Below, in pieces: positions 49,601 to 59,379 of a DNA stretch of 64,000 bases. The position numbers and the translations under genes were made by a program. The stretch comes from Leptolyngbyaceae cyanobacterium (GTDB lineage Bacteria; Cyanobacteriota; Cyanobacteriia; Phormidesmidales; Phormidesmidaceae). Every line of letters begins with the position of its first letter. Positions within the stretch are counted from its first letter, which is position 1. The notes under the pieces were generated by a model, which was given only the letters and a program-made list of their open reading frames with translations, was not told the DNA's origin and searched no databases. The stretch is from positions 1,440,001 to 1,504,000 of the forward strand of contig CBDHHL010000032.1 in the NCBI GenBank assembly GCA_965263355.1, given 5' to 3'.

Positions 49601-50189
49601 TGAGCGCAGCGGGGGTAACCACCCCAAACAGGGCAAATGTTATCCGTTGAAACTCAGGCACTAATGCCCGTTGGTTATAGCAATACCGCACCAGGGCAAA
49701 GAAATCATCCACCGCAAATGGCAAGGACAGGACACTGTCAATTTCATCCACCATGATGAACAAGTTTTGCTTTGGCAGTTGTTTGAGTAACACATCACTC
49801 AAAAATCGACTCAGACGTTGCAATAAGGGAATATCCCGCTGCTGTTGCCACCAAGCTTGAAAATCTTCTAGGGAAAAATTAAAGGGTGTATCGTCCAGCA
49901 ATCCACTAATAAGCTCTCCCAAGATGCCCTTATACCATTGTGACGGTGTGATGATCTCAGTACCTATCGTACTCATATCTAGGGTGAGACATTGATGACC
50001 GTCCTGATGCAGCCGTTTTTTAGTCCTGACTAACAGCGACGACTTCCCCATCTGTCGCGTATTGAACACATAGCAAAATTCTCCCGCTTGCAGTTGTCGA
50101 TAAAGATCTTCATCTGCCTGACGTACCACGTAGGTTGGATCATAGTTAGTTAGGGTGCCACCAATCTGGTAACGCATCGGGTATTGCAT
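46659..50189 (-). CDS. AAA-like (AAA_35/STAND) ATPase-TM-WD40 repeat protein
   Basis: NTRQMGKSS, MVDEID, TPFNIG; one TM; about 14 WD40 repeats (FSPDG..ASxSxDxTIxLW). Confidence 0.92.
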   Translation of the reverse strand: MQYPMRYQIGGTLTNYDPTYVVRQADEDLYRQLQAGEFCYVFNTRQMGKSSLLVRTKKRLHQDGHQCLTLDMSTIGTEIITPSQWYKGILGELISGLLDDTPFNFSLEDFQAWWQQQRDIPLLQRLSRFLSDVLLKQLPKQNLFIMVDEIDSVLSLPFAVDDFFALVRYCYNQRALVPEFQRITFALFGVVTPAALIRDKTRTPFNIGTAVTLNGFSRVEASHLATGLLVGERDPNSILHAILDWTGGQPFLTQKLCQLVVNTSQISLDTELPDVDWVAQIVYDQIIDHWETQDEPEHLRTICDRILRQNDLAGRLLSEYQQVLAACEPEHPGPAVTVNHSIEHIELLLSGLVVSEQGQLRVKNPIYQAVFDSNWVTQQLHNLRPYAQSFTSWQVSEWTDTSRLLRGQALLEAQAWAQGKRLSDADYQFLTASQTCDRNESEAKLKAERVQALEDKLQQEQILARWQRLILGGLGVFSIVLLGILMFAWRQYRRAVASEQQARISEVTALISSAQGNVASDQTLDALIYSIKATRRLQTLDQAAPPPLIAQAKNTLNQAIYDAQEINRFSEAASGLWSLDWGPNEQTLVSVGGTTDIQLWKRDGTLVWSTREGDVSPYVKVSFSPDGQRIAVGGQDSKIRLYDPDGNLQTTLASHTAELYSVDFSPDGKTLASTSSDGTIRLWDHQGQLTATLREHEATAVNISFSYDGQRFVSASQDKTVRLWRSDGTPLTTLKGHQSATYGIAFSPNGQFLVSGDADGKIKIWQQDQNTQQVTEKITLEAHDSWVRDLQFSPDGDIFASASADGTIKLWDLQGRLLQVLAGHQGGVYDVVFSANGQQLFSASEDKTIRVWQLRHPLKTVLTSSSPVFEVVVSPDSQTIASAHTNGVINLWQPDGQRIRTLIGHTARAFTLAFSPDGRRLASGSSDSTIKLWNTQTGELEKTLSGHTSSVMAVRFLPDGETLLSGSIKGNVSLWDMAGERLQTVKQPYGILGLDLSNDGQQLAVAQQNNQVALKQLDDTLLATLDAGAVIPAFSPNGQTVGTANWDGTVQLWQTNGDLLTTLTGHGGEVYDVDFSPNGDVVASGGADQTVRLWSVEGKLLNTLYGHTSKIEFTDFNPDGTFLVSGSADQTAIIWHLDRILALDELELACSWLADYLRTSPEIAEEDRALCEEDAV

Positions 50190-50398
50190 AGTATCTCCCT
50201 AACAAGCAATTATTCGCCGGTTGTCCGCTCACTGTCGTCAATCTCTAGATTAGTATGTAATTAAACTTAGGCCAACTAACGGGCACGATACTCACGCTGG
50301 TTTTCCTTTATTGAATAAGCTATGTTCAGAGAGCAATACACGAGGGTGTTGTGACAGGAGCCGATTACCTGCACAGGGGTCCTTACTGTATATCTGTT

Positions 50399-51481
50399 AT
50401 GAAGTCTGCAATATTTAATGCTTGTGATGCAGCTGAATTTGAGTCGATAACGCCTGCAACGATTCAATTGTCAACGGCGGTTATGGACAAAATAGTGGAA
50501 CAGTTTGCTGTAACCGTATCTGACGATGGCAAATGGCAAGCCTGGTTAAATGTCATTGCCAGGATGGCCGTTATCCAATGGTTGCAGACTGGGCTAATGC
50601 CCCCGACCCCCGTAGTCGATGTCGACAATACTCACAATACGATTCTCTATGTTGGTGAACATCGTCTGTGTGTGCTGGCGATAGGCACCATCAGTACTCC
50701 GTCCATAGAACTGCCCCTAACCACATCGACGGGCACGCCTGCCGCTCAGTTTTACCTGCTGGTGGAAGTTTATGAAGAGCTAGGCCAGGTGAACCTTATC
50801 GCCGGCATGCGTCACGATCAGTTGCTGGCTAAACATCCGGTATTAACAGAAAAGCGCCACACCATGCTTTTGTCCCAGACAGTGGTGGTGCCATTGAGCC
50901 ACTTTCAACTGACACCTGAGCAATTGTTGCTGTATTTAAGTTGTTTGTCTCCCCAGCCAGAACCTAAACTGTTGACAGCGCAACTGATTGATGCTAGCCA
51001 ATGGTTTCGTAAGCAATTGGATGCGGTATCCTGTCAACTTGCTTGGGCGTTGTTACCACCACCAGTGCTAGCAATGCGTTCTGTACAAATTATGGCTCAC
51101 AGTCTTTTGGAGAGATTGGCAACCCAAGGGATTACGCTACCTACCTGGGCCAAGGGTGCGGCGGGTCCCATGCAGATTGGGACGACTACCTGTGAATTGT
51201 ATACCTGGGTGTGGCCACTGATGGGCACTGATGAACCGGAGTGGAGTTTGTTTTTAGTGCTGGGACCGGCAGCAGGAGAGACTCTGGTGGAGGGGACAGA
51301 GCTGACTGTGTGGGATATGAGAAAGGTATTGGCTCGGACAACTGTGGGGTGCGATCGCACCTATTTATACACCCAGGTCATCGGCACCTGGCAGGAACGA
51401 TTTTGGGTACAGGTAACTATCCCTGGAGAAGCGCAAGTAATATTGCCTGGTTTTTGTTTTGGTGAATTGAATGATGATTGA
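50399..51481 (+). CDS. DUF1822 family protein (second copy)
   Basis: WQAWLN, HRLCVL, AQFYLLVEVYEE, EWSLFLVLGP, YLYTQVIGTWQERF; ATG at 50399 preferred. Confidence 0.8.
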   Translation: MKSAIFNACDAAEFESITPATIQLSTAVMDKIVEQFAVTVSDDGKWQAWLNVIARMAVIQWLQTGLMPPTPVVDVDNTHNTILYVGEHRLCVLAIGTISTPSIELPLTTSTGTPAAQFYLLVEVYEELGQVNLIAGMRHDQLLAKHPVLTEKRHTMLLSQTVVVPLSHFQLTPEQLLLYLSCLSPQPEPKLLTAQLIDASQWFRKQLDAVSCQLAWALLPPPVLAMRSVQIMAHSLLERLATQGITLPTWAKGAAGPMQIGTTTCELYTWVWPLMGTDEPEWSLFLVLGPAAGETLVEGTELTVWDMRKVLARTTVGCDRTYLYTQVIGTWQERFWVQVTIPGEAQVILPGFCFGELNDD

Positions 51482-51616
51482 ATAGAACTAGACTATGGGA
51501 GAGGACTTAACCGAAATCATTCGCCAGGAATAGCCAAAATTTTTCTAAATTTGAATAAGCTTATACGGACCAGCGCCATAGACTAGAAGCAGCCTTAGAT
51601 TGAAGCCTCTTTGTCT

Positions 51617-52495
51617 ATGCGTTATCATCTTGTGAATAACTCCAAGCACCCTTGCACTGGCCTATTTAGCTTGATTACCACAGCTGTACTACTACCCACT
51701 AGTACGGTTACGGCAATGACTGCCGAGCGTCAGATCAGGACGTTCTCAGGAAATTTGAATTCAAATTTTAAGGTGGTACTGGCTGATTATCAGACGCAGC
51801 AAACTAGCCAGCAGCAAATTGTCAAAACTAACAAAGCAGAAAGTACGCAATCAGAGGAAGCTGAGCGACTGAATCAAGAGGGAATCAAGCTTGCTGATCA
51901 ATCTAGATATTTAGAAGCACTAGAGCGGTTTGAGCAATCACTATTAATTCGACAGGAGATTGATGATCAGCGTGGCATTGGAGAGTCAATTAATAATATC
52001 GGATTCATCCACTCTCGTCTGGGTGAGTATGAAAAGGCATTAGAGTTTTATGAGCAATCGTTAGTGATCTCAGAAGAGATTGATGATCAGCGTGGCATTG
52101 GAGAGTCACTTAATAATATCGGATTCATCCACTCTCGTCTGGGTGAGTATGAAAAGGCATTAGAGTTTTATGAGCAATCGTTAGCGATTCGGCAAGAACT
52201 TGACGACCGTCGTGGCATTGGGGAAGTACTCAACAATATCGGTGGTATCTACGATGAACTGGGTGAACATAGAAAAGCGCTAATTTTCTATGAGCAATCG
52301 TTAGCCATTCGGGAAGAGATTAATGATCGTCGTGGTACTAGCGAAGTACTCAATAATATTGGCAGTGTCTATTCTCGTTTAGGTGAGTACGAGAAAGCAT
52401 TGGAGTTTTATGGGCAATCGTTATCGGTCTACTATTCGCGATATTGCCGATTGGTCATTGGCAAATGTGGACTTGGTGGTGTTGAGTGCTTGTGA
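51617..52495 (+). CDS. Tetratricopeptide-repeat protein, apparently truncated
   Basis: Signal-like N-terminus; five 40-aa TPR units (GESLNNIG..LGEYEKALEFYEQSL); repeat register breaks at the C-terminus. Confidence 0.75.
   Translation: MRYHLVNNSKHPCTGLFSLITTAVLLPTSTVTAMTAERQIRTFSGNLNSNFKVVLADYQTQQTSQQQIVKTNKAESTQSEEAERLNQEGIKLADQSRYLEALERFEQSLLIRQEIDDQRGIGESINNIGFIHSRLGEYEKALEFYEQSLVISEEIDDQRGIGESLNNIGFIHSRLGEYEKALEFYEQSLAIRQELDDRRGIGEVLNNIGGIYDELGEHRKALIFYEQSLAIREEINDRRGTSEVLNNIGSVYSRLGEYEKALEFYGQSLSVYYSRYCRLVIGKCGLGGVECL
51956..52185 (+). repeat. Near-identical 120-bp tandem duplication within the TPR gene
   Basis: GAGATTGATGATCAGCGTGGCATTGGAGAGTCA..GAGCAATCGTTAG repeated at a 120-bp period. 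Confidence 0.85.
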
Positions 52496-52779
52496 AACAG
52501 GTCTGGGGGGTTTTGACAATATTGGCTAGGTGGTGGACAGTCGTTAGTAGTCAGATCAATATCATTGTGATTACGGATACCGTTATTAAGCTGAGAAAAC
52601 TATAAGGAATAGTACAGTGCCACGATGGAGCTACAGGGAACTCCCCCCAGGAGCAGCTGGTCATAATTACATAAATAGCCTGCTTTGAGGGGTAGTAATC
52701 AAACAAACATAGTAGTCTGTCAAGTTCACAATTTTGAGTTAAGACGGTGAGTGGTGAGTATAGTTAAGAGGCGCGTAAG

Positions 52780-53622
52780 ATGAAGCGAATAGTTACACTT
52801 TTTGGCATCGTGATAGCCACAATGATGGGTTTCTCAATGCCTGCCGCAGCCCAAACCAGCGAACAACAGCACTCGGTGACTGCAACAGCTTGTACTGCAG
52901 CCACTCCAGCCGAACGGGTAGCCCTCAATGCAGCCAAAAATGAAGCACGGCAAATGGCAGAAACTATCAATGGCGGTCTGACTATGTATCGGGCTGAGGC
53001 AACTATGCACGGAGCCGCTACTCGTACCCCTTGTGCCATGATCGAACCAGGGGTTTGGCGCTTTACTTTTAGAGGTGGTGAACCGACAGCTGTTGCTTTA
53101 GGTGAAGGCTATACACTATTTACCGTTGTCACGGTTGATAATTCGGTTGGTTCTGAGCGTCGCATTGATTTGGAGTATAACGGCCCCATTGAAGATTATA
53201 CGGGCGTGATCTACGAGGCGTTTGGAGAAGAGGATTTTGCCCTGGTGCGCAGCCCGATAGCCCCTGTGCCAGGAAATGCTTGCATTGCCGGTACTCAGGC
53301 TGAGCAAAGGGCGGTAAATGCGGCTAAGAATATGGCTCGTCAGGCTGCTGAACGGGCCAATGGTGGATTGAGTGCTTATCGAGCTGAACCGGCTATGTAT
53401 GGAGCGGTAGTTAATTCGCCTTGCGAAAAAATCGGCGAAAATATGTGGCGGTTTACGTTTAGGGGCGGTAGCCCAACTGCTGTTTCTCTGCGCGCAGAAT
53501 ATTCCACGTTAAGCGTTGTCACCGTGGAAGGTATAGGCAATGAGAGCACATTTGCGGTGGAGTATAACGGCCCTATCGATGAATATGATGCTCAGGGTTT
53601 AACGGAGCAAACTGATACGTAG
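52780..53622 (+). CDS. Secreted hypothetical protein with two tandem copies of a ~120-aa domain
   Basis: Signal peptide ending AAA-Q; repeated NAAKNxARQxAExxNGGLxxYRAExxMxG..C..WRFTFRGG..EYNGPI. Confidence 0.8.
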   Translation: MKRIVTLFGIVIATMMGFSMPAAAQTSEQQHSVTATACTAATPAERVALNAAKNEARQMAETINGGLTMYRAEATMHGAATRTPCAMIEPGVWRFTFRGGEPTAVALGEGYTLFTVVTVDNSVGSERRIDLEYNGPIEDYTGVIYEAFGEEDFALVRSPIAPVPGNACIAGTQAEQRAVNAAKNMARQAAERANGGLSAYRAEPAMYGAVVNSPCEKIGENMWRFTFRGGSPTAVSLRAEYSTLSVVTVEGIGNESTFAVEYNGPIDEYDAQGLTEQTDT

Positions 53623-53992
53623 TAGGGAACCGAACAACATATGAGTCGTTTTTTCGGGTCTCAACTCTAGCCGGGAAACTTAGGCTGGGGCTAAAGTCGG
53701 AAGTCGGAAGAAGACCGGATTACAGGTTTTAATGACTGAACTGTAAATCCAGCAAAATTTCCCGCATTAAATTGGTACCCAGCCAACCGCTAAATCACTG
53801 CCGATACTCTACACAATCGGCCCGGACAAAACGTGCCCGACAACTAAAAAATACTCAATTATTTTGATTTTTCAGTAAAAGCACCGAAAAACTAGACTAA
53901 CGTCTAGAAAATCACCCAAAATAATCGTTATTCAAGATAAATAAAGAATAATCAAAGATATTTTATGTGTAGTAACGATTTGGCAATATGGC

Positions 53993-54343
53993 TCATGCAG
54001 ATACTTGGGTAAGTTGAGGTAAATTACCCGCTTTGAGCAAAACAATCAAATGTTCAATGTGTTCATATTCATCTAACGCCTGCTGCTCAGCACTGTTTAA
54101 TGCTTCAGCTTGACTTTGGGCTAGCAAATATTGCATTCGGGTTTGCATCTCTGCCGTTGGCCGAAAAGCAGCAATTTGCTCAGCCGTCGGTTGATTAGCA
54201 ATAAAGTCAAGCACATATCGATAGACCTGAGCGGGTAATGCCAGGGGATGTAAGCAACTTTGCAATAAGTTAGGCAGTTGATCACGAATTGGCGCAATCT
54301 GCTCCATTAGCTCATCAGGAATTTCAATGGTTAGCGTAGCCAT
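53993..54343 (-). CDS. Hypothetical antitoxin-like protein
   Basis: RHH-like MATLTIEIPDEL, FIANQPTAEQIAAFRP, LDEYEHIEHL; recalled as usually preceding an HNH nuclease gene. Confidence 0.65.
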   Translation of the reverse strand: MATLTIEIPDELMEQIAPIRDQLPNLLQSCLHPLALPAQVYRYVLDFIANQPTAEQIAAFRPTAEMQTRMQYLLAQSQAEALNSAEQQALDEYEHIEHLIVLLKAGNLPQLTQVSA

Positions 54344-54445
54344 AGGACTAATATTCGGGCGACGGGTTTGTATAGATATGAATTGTATTTAGTTTAGCAA
54401 GCCACTATTTGGTCTTACCCTAGTATGTGGAATGGGTAGCTCTGT

Positions 54446-57400
54446 TTACATAGCTATGTGTTGAGATTCCATCACACCATAGCCACCGCCGCCGGGGGTC
54501 TCGATCACAAACACATCACTGGATTGCATCTGGGCAATGGCCTTACTGCCTAGCTTTTCTGTAGTACCGTCCTGACGTAGTACATAATTTTGCCCCACTT
54601 TGCCAGACTCACCCCCCTTTAAGCCAAAGGGAGCAACCTGGCGGTGATTAGCAAGAATGCCCGCAGTCATTGGTGCTCGAAACCTAATGCGACGGATTAC
54701 CCCATTGCCCCCTGAGTGTAACCCCTGACCACCGCTCCCCTGTCGAATTGCGAACCGCTCTAACAAAACCGGAAATCGCCATTCCAAGATCTCCGGATCC
54801 GTCAGACGAGAGTTCGTCATATGGGTCTGCACTGCATCAGTGCCATCATGATCAGCACCTGCACCAGAGCCACCACAAATGGTCTCGTAATACTGATGGT
54901 GCTCATTGCCAAAGGTAAAATTGTTCATAGTCCCCTGGGACCCCGCCATAATCCCCAAGGCCCCATAAATTGCATCCGTAATCACCTGGGACGTTTCCAC
55001 GTTACCAGCCACCACAGCAGCAGGATACTCGGGGTTGAGCATACATCCAGACGGAATAACAATGTCCAATGGCTTCAAACAGCCTGCATTAAGCGGAATC
55101 TTGTCCTCAACCAATGTGCGAAAAACATAGAGCACCGCTGCTTTACAAACGGCAGCTGGGGCATTGTAATTAGTAGCCTGCTGGGGGGAAGTACCCGAGA
55201 AGTCAATGCGGGCGATACGGCGGATGCGATCGCAACTAATCGCCACCTGCACCTGAGCCCCATCGTCCATTTTATAAGTAAACTCCCCTGAATTTAGCAC
55301 CTCAATCACCTGACGCACCGACTCTTCCGCATTATCTTGCACATGTTGCATATAGGCCTGCACTGTTTCCAGGCCATAGTGTTGCACCATTTTACCTAGC
55401 TCTTGCACCCCCTTCTCATTGGCCGCAATTTGGGCCTGGAGATCGGCAATATTCTGTTGCGAGTTTCTCACCGGATACTCTCCCTGGGTAAGCAACGCCA
55501 GCAGTTCCTGTTCACGAAAATGGCCCTGGTCCACTAGCTGAAAGTTGTCAATCAGGATGCCTTCTTCTGCCACCGTTGTACTGTTGGGGGGCATGGAACC
55601 GGGGGTGATGCCACCGATGTCGGCATGGTGGCCACGGGAGGCGACGTAGAAGAGGGGGACTTGGTCCACCCCATCAGTAGCATGACCCACCATGGCATTG
55701 GGGAGAAAAACGGGGGTGATGACGGTGATGTCAGGGAGGTGGGTGCCGCCGTTGTAGGGATTGTTTAGAATGTACACATCGCCGGGTTTGAGAGTATCAC
55801 CTTTGGCGGCAATCAGGCTTTTGACGCTTTCGCCCATGGACCCCAGGTGGACCGGAATATGGGGGGCATTGGCTACTAGCTGGCCTTGATGGTCAAAAAT
55901 AGCGCAGGAAAAGTCTAAACGCTCTTTTATATTGACCGAGTAGCTGGTCTTTTGTAGGGTAAATCCCATCTGTTCAGCGATGGCCATAAACAGATTGTTA
56001 AAAATCTCTAGCATCACTGGGTCAGGCGTATTTAAGCCCTGCGGAGAAGTATCTGTAGATGTTTTCTCGAAATCGTAATTAAGGTCTTTAGTCAGCAATA
56101 AATGATTGCGATCGCTAATCTCCACCTGCCACCCTGGCTCTACCACATTGGTTCCCGTGGCTTCCACAATAATGGCTGGACCTACAATCTGGTCTCCCGG
56201 TCGCAGGGCATTACGTTGAAAGAGAGGCGTCGATTGCCAGGTATTGGCGGTAAACATCGACACGGTGGTGACCGGCGTGGGGGGCTCAAAGCGAGGAGAC
56301 TCATAAACTGGCTCCGTTGGCATCGGCATTTTGCCCACCACTTCCACCGAAACCGCTTCTACGATTAATGGTTTTTCTGGCATGGTAAAGCCGTAGCGCT
56401 GGCGATAGTCTTGCTCAAACTGGGCCACCATGGAAGACACCTCTCCAAAGGTCACCCTTAATGGCGCATCAGTCCCGTCATAGCGTAAATGAACCTTGGG
56501 CAGAGATTCAATCCGCTCATCGGGAACGTTCTGTTGTTGCACCTCCGCAATGGCCACAGCCGTAATCTCGGTGAGAATCGCTTGAAGGTGTGGCAACAGA
56601 TCTACCGCCAAAGGTTGTTCTACCGTCATCTGGCGTAAGGCTCGCAAGTCCGCTAAACCCATGCCATAGGCCGACAATACCCCCGCCAATGGATGAATAA
56701 AGATCTGTTGCATACCCAGGGCATCGGCAATCATACAGGCATGTTGCCCCGCTGCTCCACCAAAGCACACCAGGGTGTACTCTGACACGTCATGACCCTG
56801 TTGTACAGAGATTTTTTTGATGGCATTGGCCATATTTTCAACGGCAATGGCCAGAAAACCAGCGGCTACCTGCTCGGGGGAGCGCACATCGTTAGTTGCC
56901 CGTTGAATCTGTTCAACCAGGGCCGTAAATTGTTGTCTAACAGTTTCAACATCAAGGGATTGGTTGCCGTCAGGGCCAAAGACTTGGGGAAAGAAATCTG
57001 GCTGGAGTTTACCCACCATGACATTACAGTCGGTGACGGTAAGTGGTCCTCCTTTGCAATAGGCTGCCGGGCCAGGGTGAGCACCAGCGGATTCGGGGCC
57101 CACCCGATAGCGTGCTCCATCAAACCTTAGGATAGAGCCACCGCCTGCCGCCACGGTATGGATCGCCATCATCGGTGCCTTAATACGCACCCCTGCTACC
57201 TCGGATTCAAACACCCGCTCGTACTCGCCGTTGTAGTGGGAGACATCGGTGGAGGTGCCACCCATGTCAAAGCCAATGATTTTGTGCAGGTTTGCGATCG
57301 CACTCGTCTGCACCATACCCACCACACCCCCCGCCGGTCCCGACAGAATGCTGTCTTTCCCGCGAAACAAATGGGCATCGGTCAACCCCCCATTGGACTG

Positions 57401-58186
57401 CATAAACATAAGTTGGGGCGGTTCTGGCGGAGCATCTGCTCGGGTGTCTGGCAAGGCCCTCTCCTTGCTAACTGCCCCCAGTTCTAACGCGATACGGTCG
57501 ATATAACGTTTTAGGATAGGTGACAAATAAGCATCCACCAGGGTGGTATCTCCCCGGCTGACCAGCTTTATTAGGGGACTGACTTCATGGGAAACCGAAA
57601 TCTGAGTAAAGCCTATCTCCTTAGCCAGGGTGGCCACCTGATTTTCATGGTCAGGGTAGCGGTAGCCATGCATAAGTACAATGGCGCAGGCGCGAATACC
57701 CGCATCATAGGCTTGTTGCAACTGCGGTCTGAGAGGCTGAATCTGGACCGGTAAAAGCTCTTCTCCCTGGGCGCTATAGCGTTCGTCTACCTCAATCACC
57801 TGCTCATAGAGCATATCTGGCAAGATAATCTGACGGGCAAAAATATCGGGGCGATTCTGGTAACCGATGCGCAGCGCATCACCCAAGCCCTGGGTAATAA
57901 CTAGAACGGTGCGATCTCCCTGACGCTCCAGCAGGGCATTAGTCGCAACAGTGGTACCCATTTTCACCAACCCGATTTGCTCCGTCGGCAGCGGCTGCCC
58001 CGATGCTACCCCCAAAATGTTGCGAATACCCTGCAGGGGCGCATCCCTGTAATGCTCAGGGTTTTCAGAAAGCAATTTATGGATAACAAGACTGCCGTCA
58101 GGACGCTGGGCAACTAAATCAGTAAACGTACCCCCTCGATCAATCCAAAATTGCCAACGATTTTCAAGGGTAGGCGATTGTTCCAT
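54446..58186 (-). CDS. oplA: 5-oxoprolinase (fused hydantoinase A/B, ATP-dependent)
   Basis: [60 protein letters not shown]. Confidence 0.93.
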   Translation of the reverse strand: MEQSPTLENRWQFWIDRGGTFTDLVAQRPDGSLVIHKLLSENPEHYRDAPLQGIRNILGVASGQPLPTEQIGLVKMGTTVATNALLERQGDRTVLVITQGLGDALRIGYQNRPDIFARQIILPDMLYEQVIEVDERYSAQGEELLPVQIQPLRPQLQQAYDAGIRACAIVLMHGYRYPDHENQVATLAKEIGFTQISVSHEVSPLIKLVSRGDTTLVDAYLSPILKRYIDRIALELGAVSKERALPDTRADAPPEPPQLMFMQSNGGLTDAHLFRGKDSILSGPAGGVVGMVQTSAIANLHKIIGFDMGGTSTDVSHYNGEYERVFESEVAGVRIKAPMMAIHTVAAGGGSILRFDGARYRVGPESAGAHPGPAAYCKGGPLTVTDCNVMVGKLQPDFFPQVFGPDGNQSLDVETVRQQFTALVEQIQRATNDVRSPEQVAAGFLAIAVENMANAIKKISVQQGHDVSEYTLVCFGGAAGQHACMIADALGMQQIFIHPLAGVLSAYGMGLADLRALRQMTVEQPLAVDLLPHLQAILTEITAVAIAEVQQQNVPDERIESLPKVHLRYDGTDAPLRVTFGEVSSMVAQFEQDYRQRYGFTMPEKPLIVEAVSVEVVGKMPMPTEPVYESPRFEPPTPVTTVSMFTANTWQSTPLFQRNALRPGDQIVGPAIIVEATGTNVVEPGWQVEISDRNHLLLTKDLNYDFEKTSTDTSPQGLNTPDPVMLEIFNNLFMAIAEQMGFTLQKTSYSVNIKERLDFSCAIFDHQGQLVANAPHIPVHLGSMGESVKSLIAAKGDTLKPGDVYILNNPYNGGTHLPDITVITPVFLPNAMVGHATDGVDQVPLFYVASRGHHADIGGITPGSMPPNSTTVAEEGILIDNFQLVDQGHFREQELLALLTQGEYPVRNSQQNIADLQAQIAANEKGVQELGKMVQHYGLETVQAYMQHVQDNAEESVRQVIEVLNSGEFTYKMDDGAQVQVAISCDRIRRIARIDFSGTSPQQATNYNAPAAVCKAAVLYVFRTLVEDKIPLNAGCLKPLDIVIPSGCMLNPEYPAAVVAGNVETSQVITDAIYGALGIMAGSQGTMNNFTFGNEHHQYYETICGGSGAGADHDGTDAVQTHMTNSRLTDPEILEWRFPVLLERFAIRQGSGGQGLHSGGNGVIRRIRFRAPMTAGILANHRQVAPFGLKGGESGKVGQNYVLRQDGTTEKLGSKAIAQMQSSDVFVIETPGGGGYGVMESQHIAM

Positions 58187-58286
58187 TATGGCGAAATACT
58201 AGGTTAAAACCATTTGCTACAATAAAGCATAAGACAACTGAACTAGAAGTCGGACGTCGGAACGTGAAACTCCGAATTCCGAACTC

Positions 58287-58550
58287 TCAATAATGGTAAC
58301 GACACGAAATAATTGTTAAATAATTGTCATCGACAGCATAGACAAGGCGGTTGGTGTCATCAATGCGCCGTGACCAAAATCCTGATAGATTTTCTTTCAG
58401 GGGTTCTGGTTTACCAATTCCTTCGAAAGGAAGATTTTTAGTTGCTTGGATTAGCTTATTGATTCTTTTAAGTGTTTTTTTGTCTTGGCTTTGCCAGTAA
58501 ATATAATCTTTCCAAGCTTCGTTGGTCCAGGCTAGCTTGCGATCGCTCAT
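58287..58550 (-). CDS. yoeB: Txe/YoeB toxin
   Basis: AWKDYIYWQ, GIGKPEPLK, WSRRID, CRYHY. Confidence 0.95.
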   Translation of the reverse strand: MSDRKLAWTNEAWKDYIYWQSQDKKTLKRINKLIQATKNLPFEGIGKPEPLKENLSGFWSRRIDDTNRLVYAVDDNYLTIISCRYHY

Positions 58551-58805
58551 TTAATCATCCAATAGCTCCCGTTCGACAACCTGGCCTTTTTTATATTGCT
58601 CAATGGATCGCTCTAAATGGGCTACATTCGCTGGAGATTTTAGTAAATGAACAGTTTCAAGCAAACTATTAAAATACTCCAGGGACATAACAACAGCGTC
58701 ATCGGCGTCACGTCGGGTAATGACGGTAACGTCAGCATCATTGACGACTTGATCTAGGATGGCTTTGAATTTATTTCTGGCTTCACTAAAGGTGACAATA
58801 TTCAT
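58551..58805 (-). CDS. yefM: YefM/Phd antitoxin
   Basis: FSEARNKF, ITRR, AVVMSL, ETVHLLKSPAN. Confidence 0.95.
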   Translation of the reverse strand: MNIVTFSEARNKFKAILDQVVNDADVTVITRRDADDAVVMSLEYFNSLLETVHLLKSPANVAHLERSIEQYKKGQVVERELLDD

Positions 58806-58813
58806 TGGTTAAA

Positions 58814-58833
58814 TTGTACAGCTAGTTGTACAA
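58814..58833. promoter_or_regulatory. yefM-yoeB autoregulatory operator
   Basis: Two TGTACA palindromes (58815-58820, 58827-58832), 12 bp centre to centre, matching the known yefM operator architecture. Confidence 0.8.
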
Positions 58834-59015
58834 GTATAGCACAGGGAATGAATTCGGAATTCCATCGATACCCTCCATCGGTCCATCGGTCCTTGACTCT
58901 TTAAAGAATTGCCAACACTGGCAAAACTAACTATCTACATTTCCGCTAGCGGAAAGCATTGGCCTTATTCCGTAGCCATACTGTTATCAAAGTTAATTAG
59001 ATTGCAGGTAACGCT

Positions 59016-59285
59016 ATGACTATCAATCAACTGCAGACTCAGACAGTATGTTCTCCTCTATTATCAGTACAACAGCTTTGGCAACAAACCCAACGGTTGG
59101 CTAGCCAAATTGGAGAATCACTACTACAGCGCCTGACCATTGCTTCAGAGCCGCAAGTTGTTATGGATTGCGATCTCAACAACCAAATCACCATTCAAGT
59201 TAAAGACCCTCACCATGGCACCTTTCATACCTTTACCAATGAGGAAGATGCACGCATCTGGTTAGAAAAGGGACGTTTTATGTAA
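59016..59285 (+). CDS. Small conserved-looking cyanobacterial hypothetical protein
   Basis: 89 aa; SEPQV..KDPHHG..FTNEEDARIWLE. Confidence 0.7.
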   Translation: MTINQLQTQTVCSPLLSVQQLWQQTQRLASQIGESLLQRLTIASEPQVVMDCDLNNQITIQVKDPHHGTFHTFTNEEDARIWLEKGRFM

Positions 59286-59379
59286 GTAGTGCCACTGAGT
59301 CAGTAATGCCCTGTTGAAACTGCTTTCAGTAAACGAGACACCATGCTAGGGTAAGCAGACACATTAACAGGGAAAGCAA

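Noticed and set aside
51956..52430. Regular 120-bp repeats as a possible CRISPR array
   Set aside because: They are in-frame TPR coding repeats with no repeat-spacer structure
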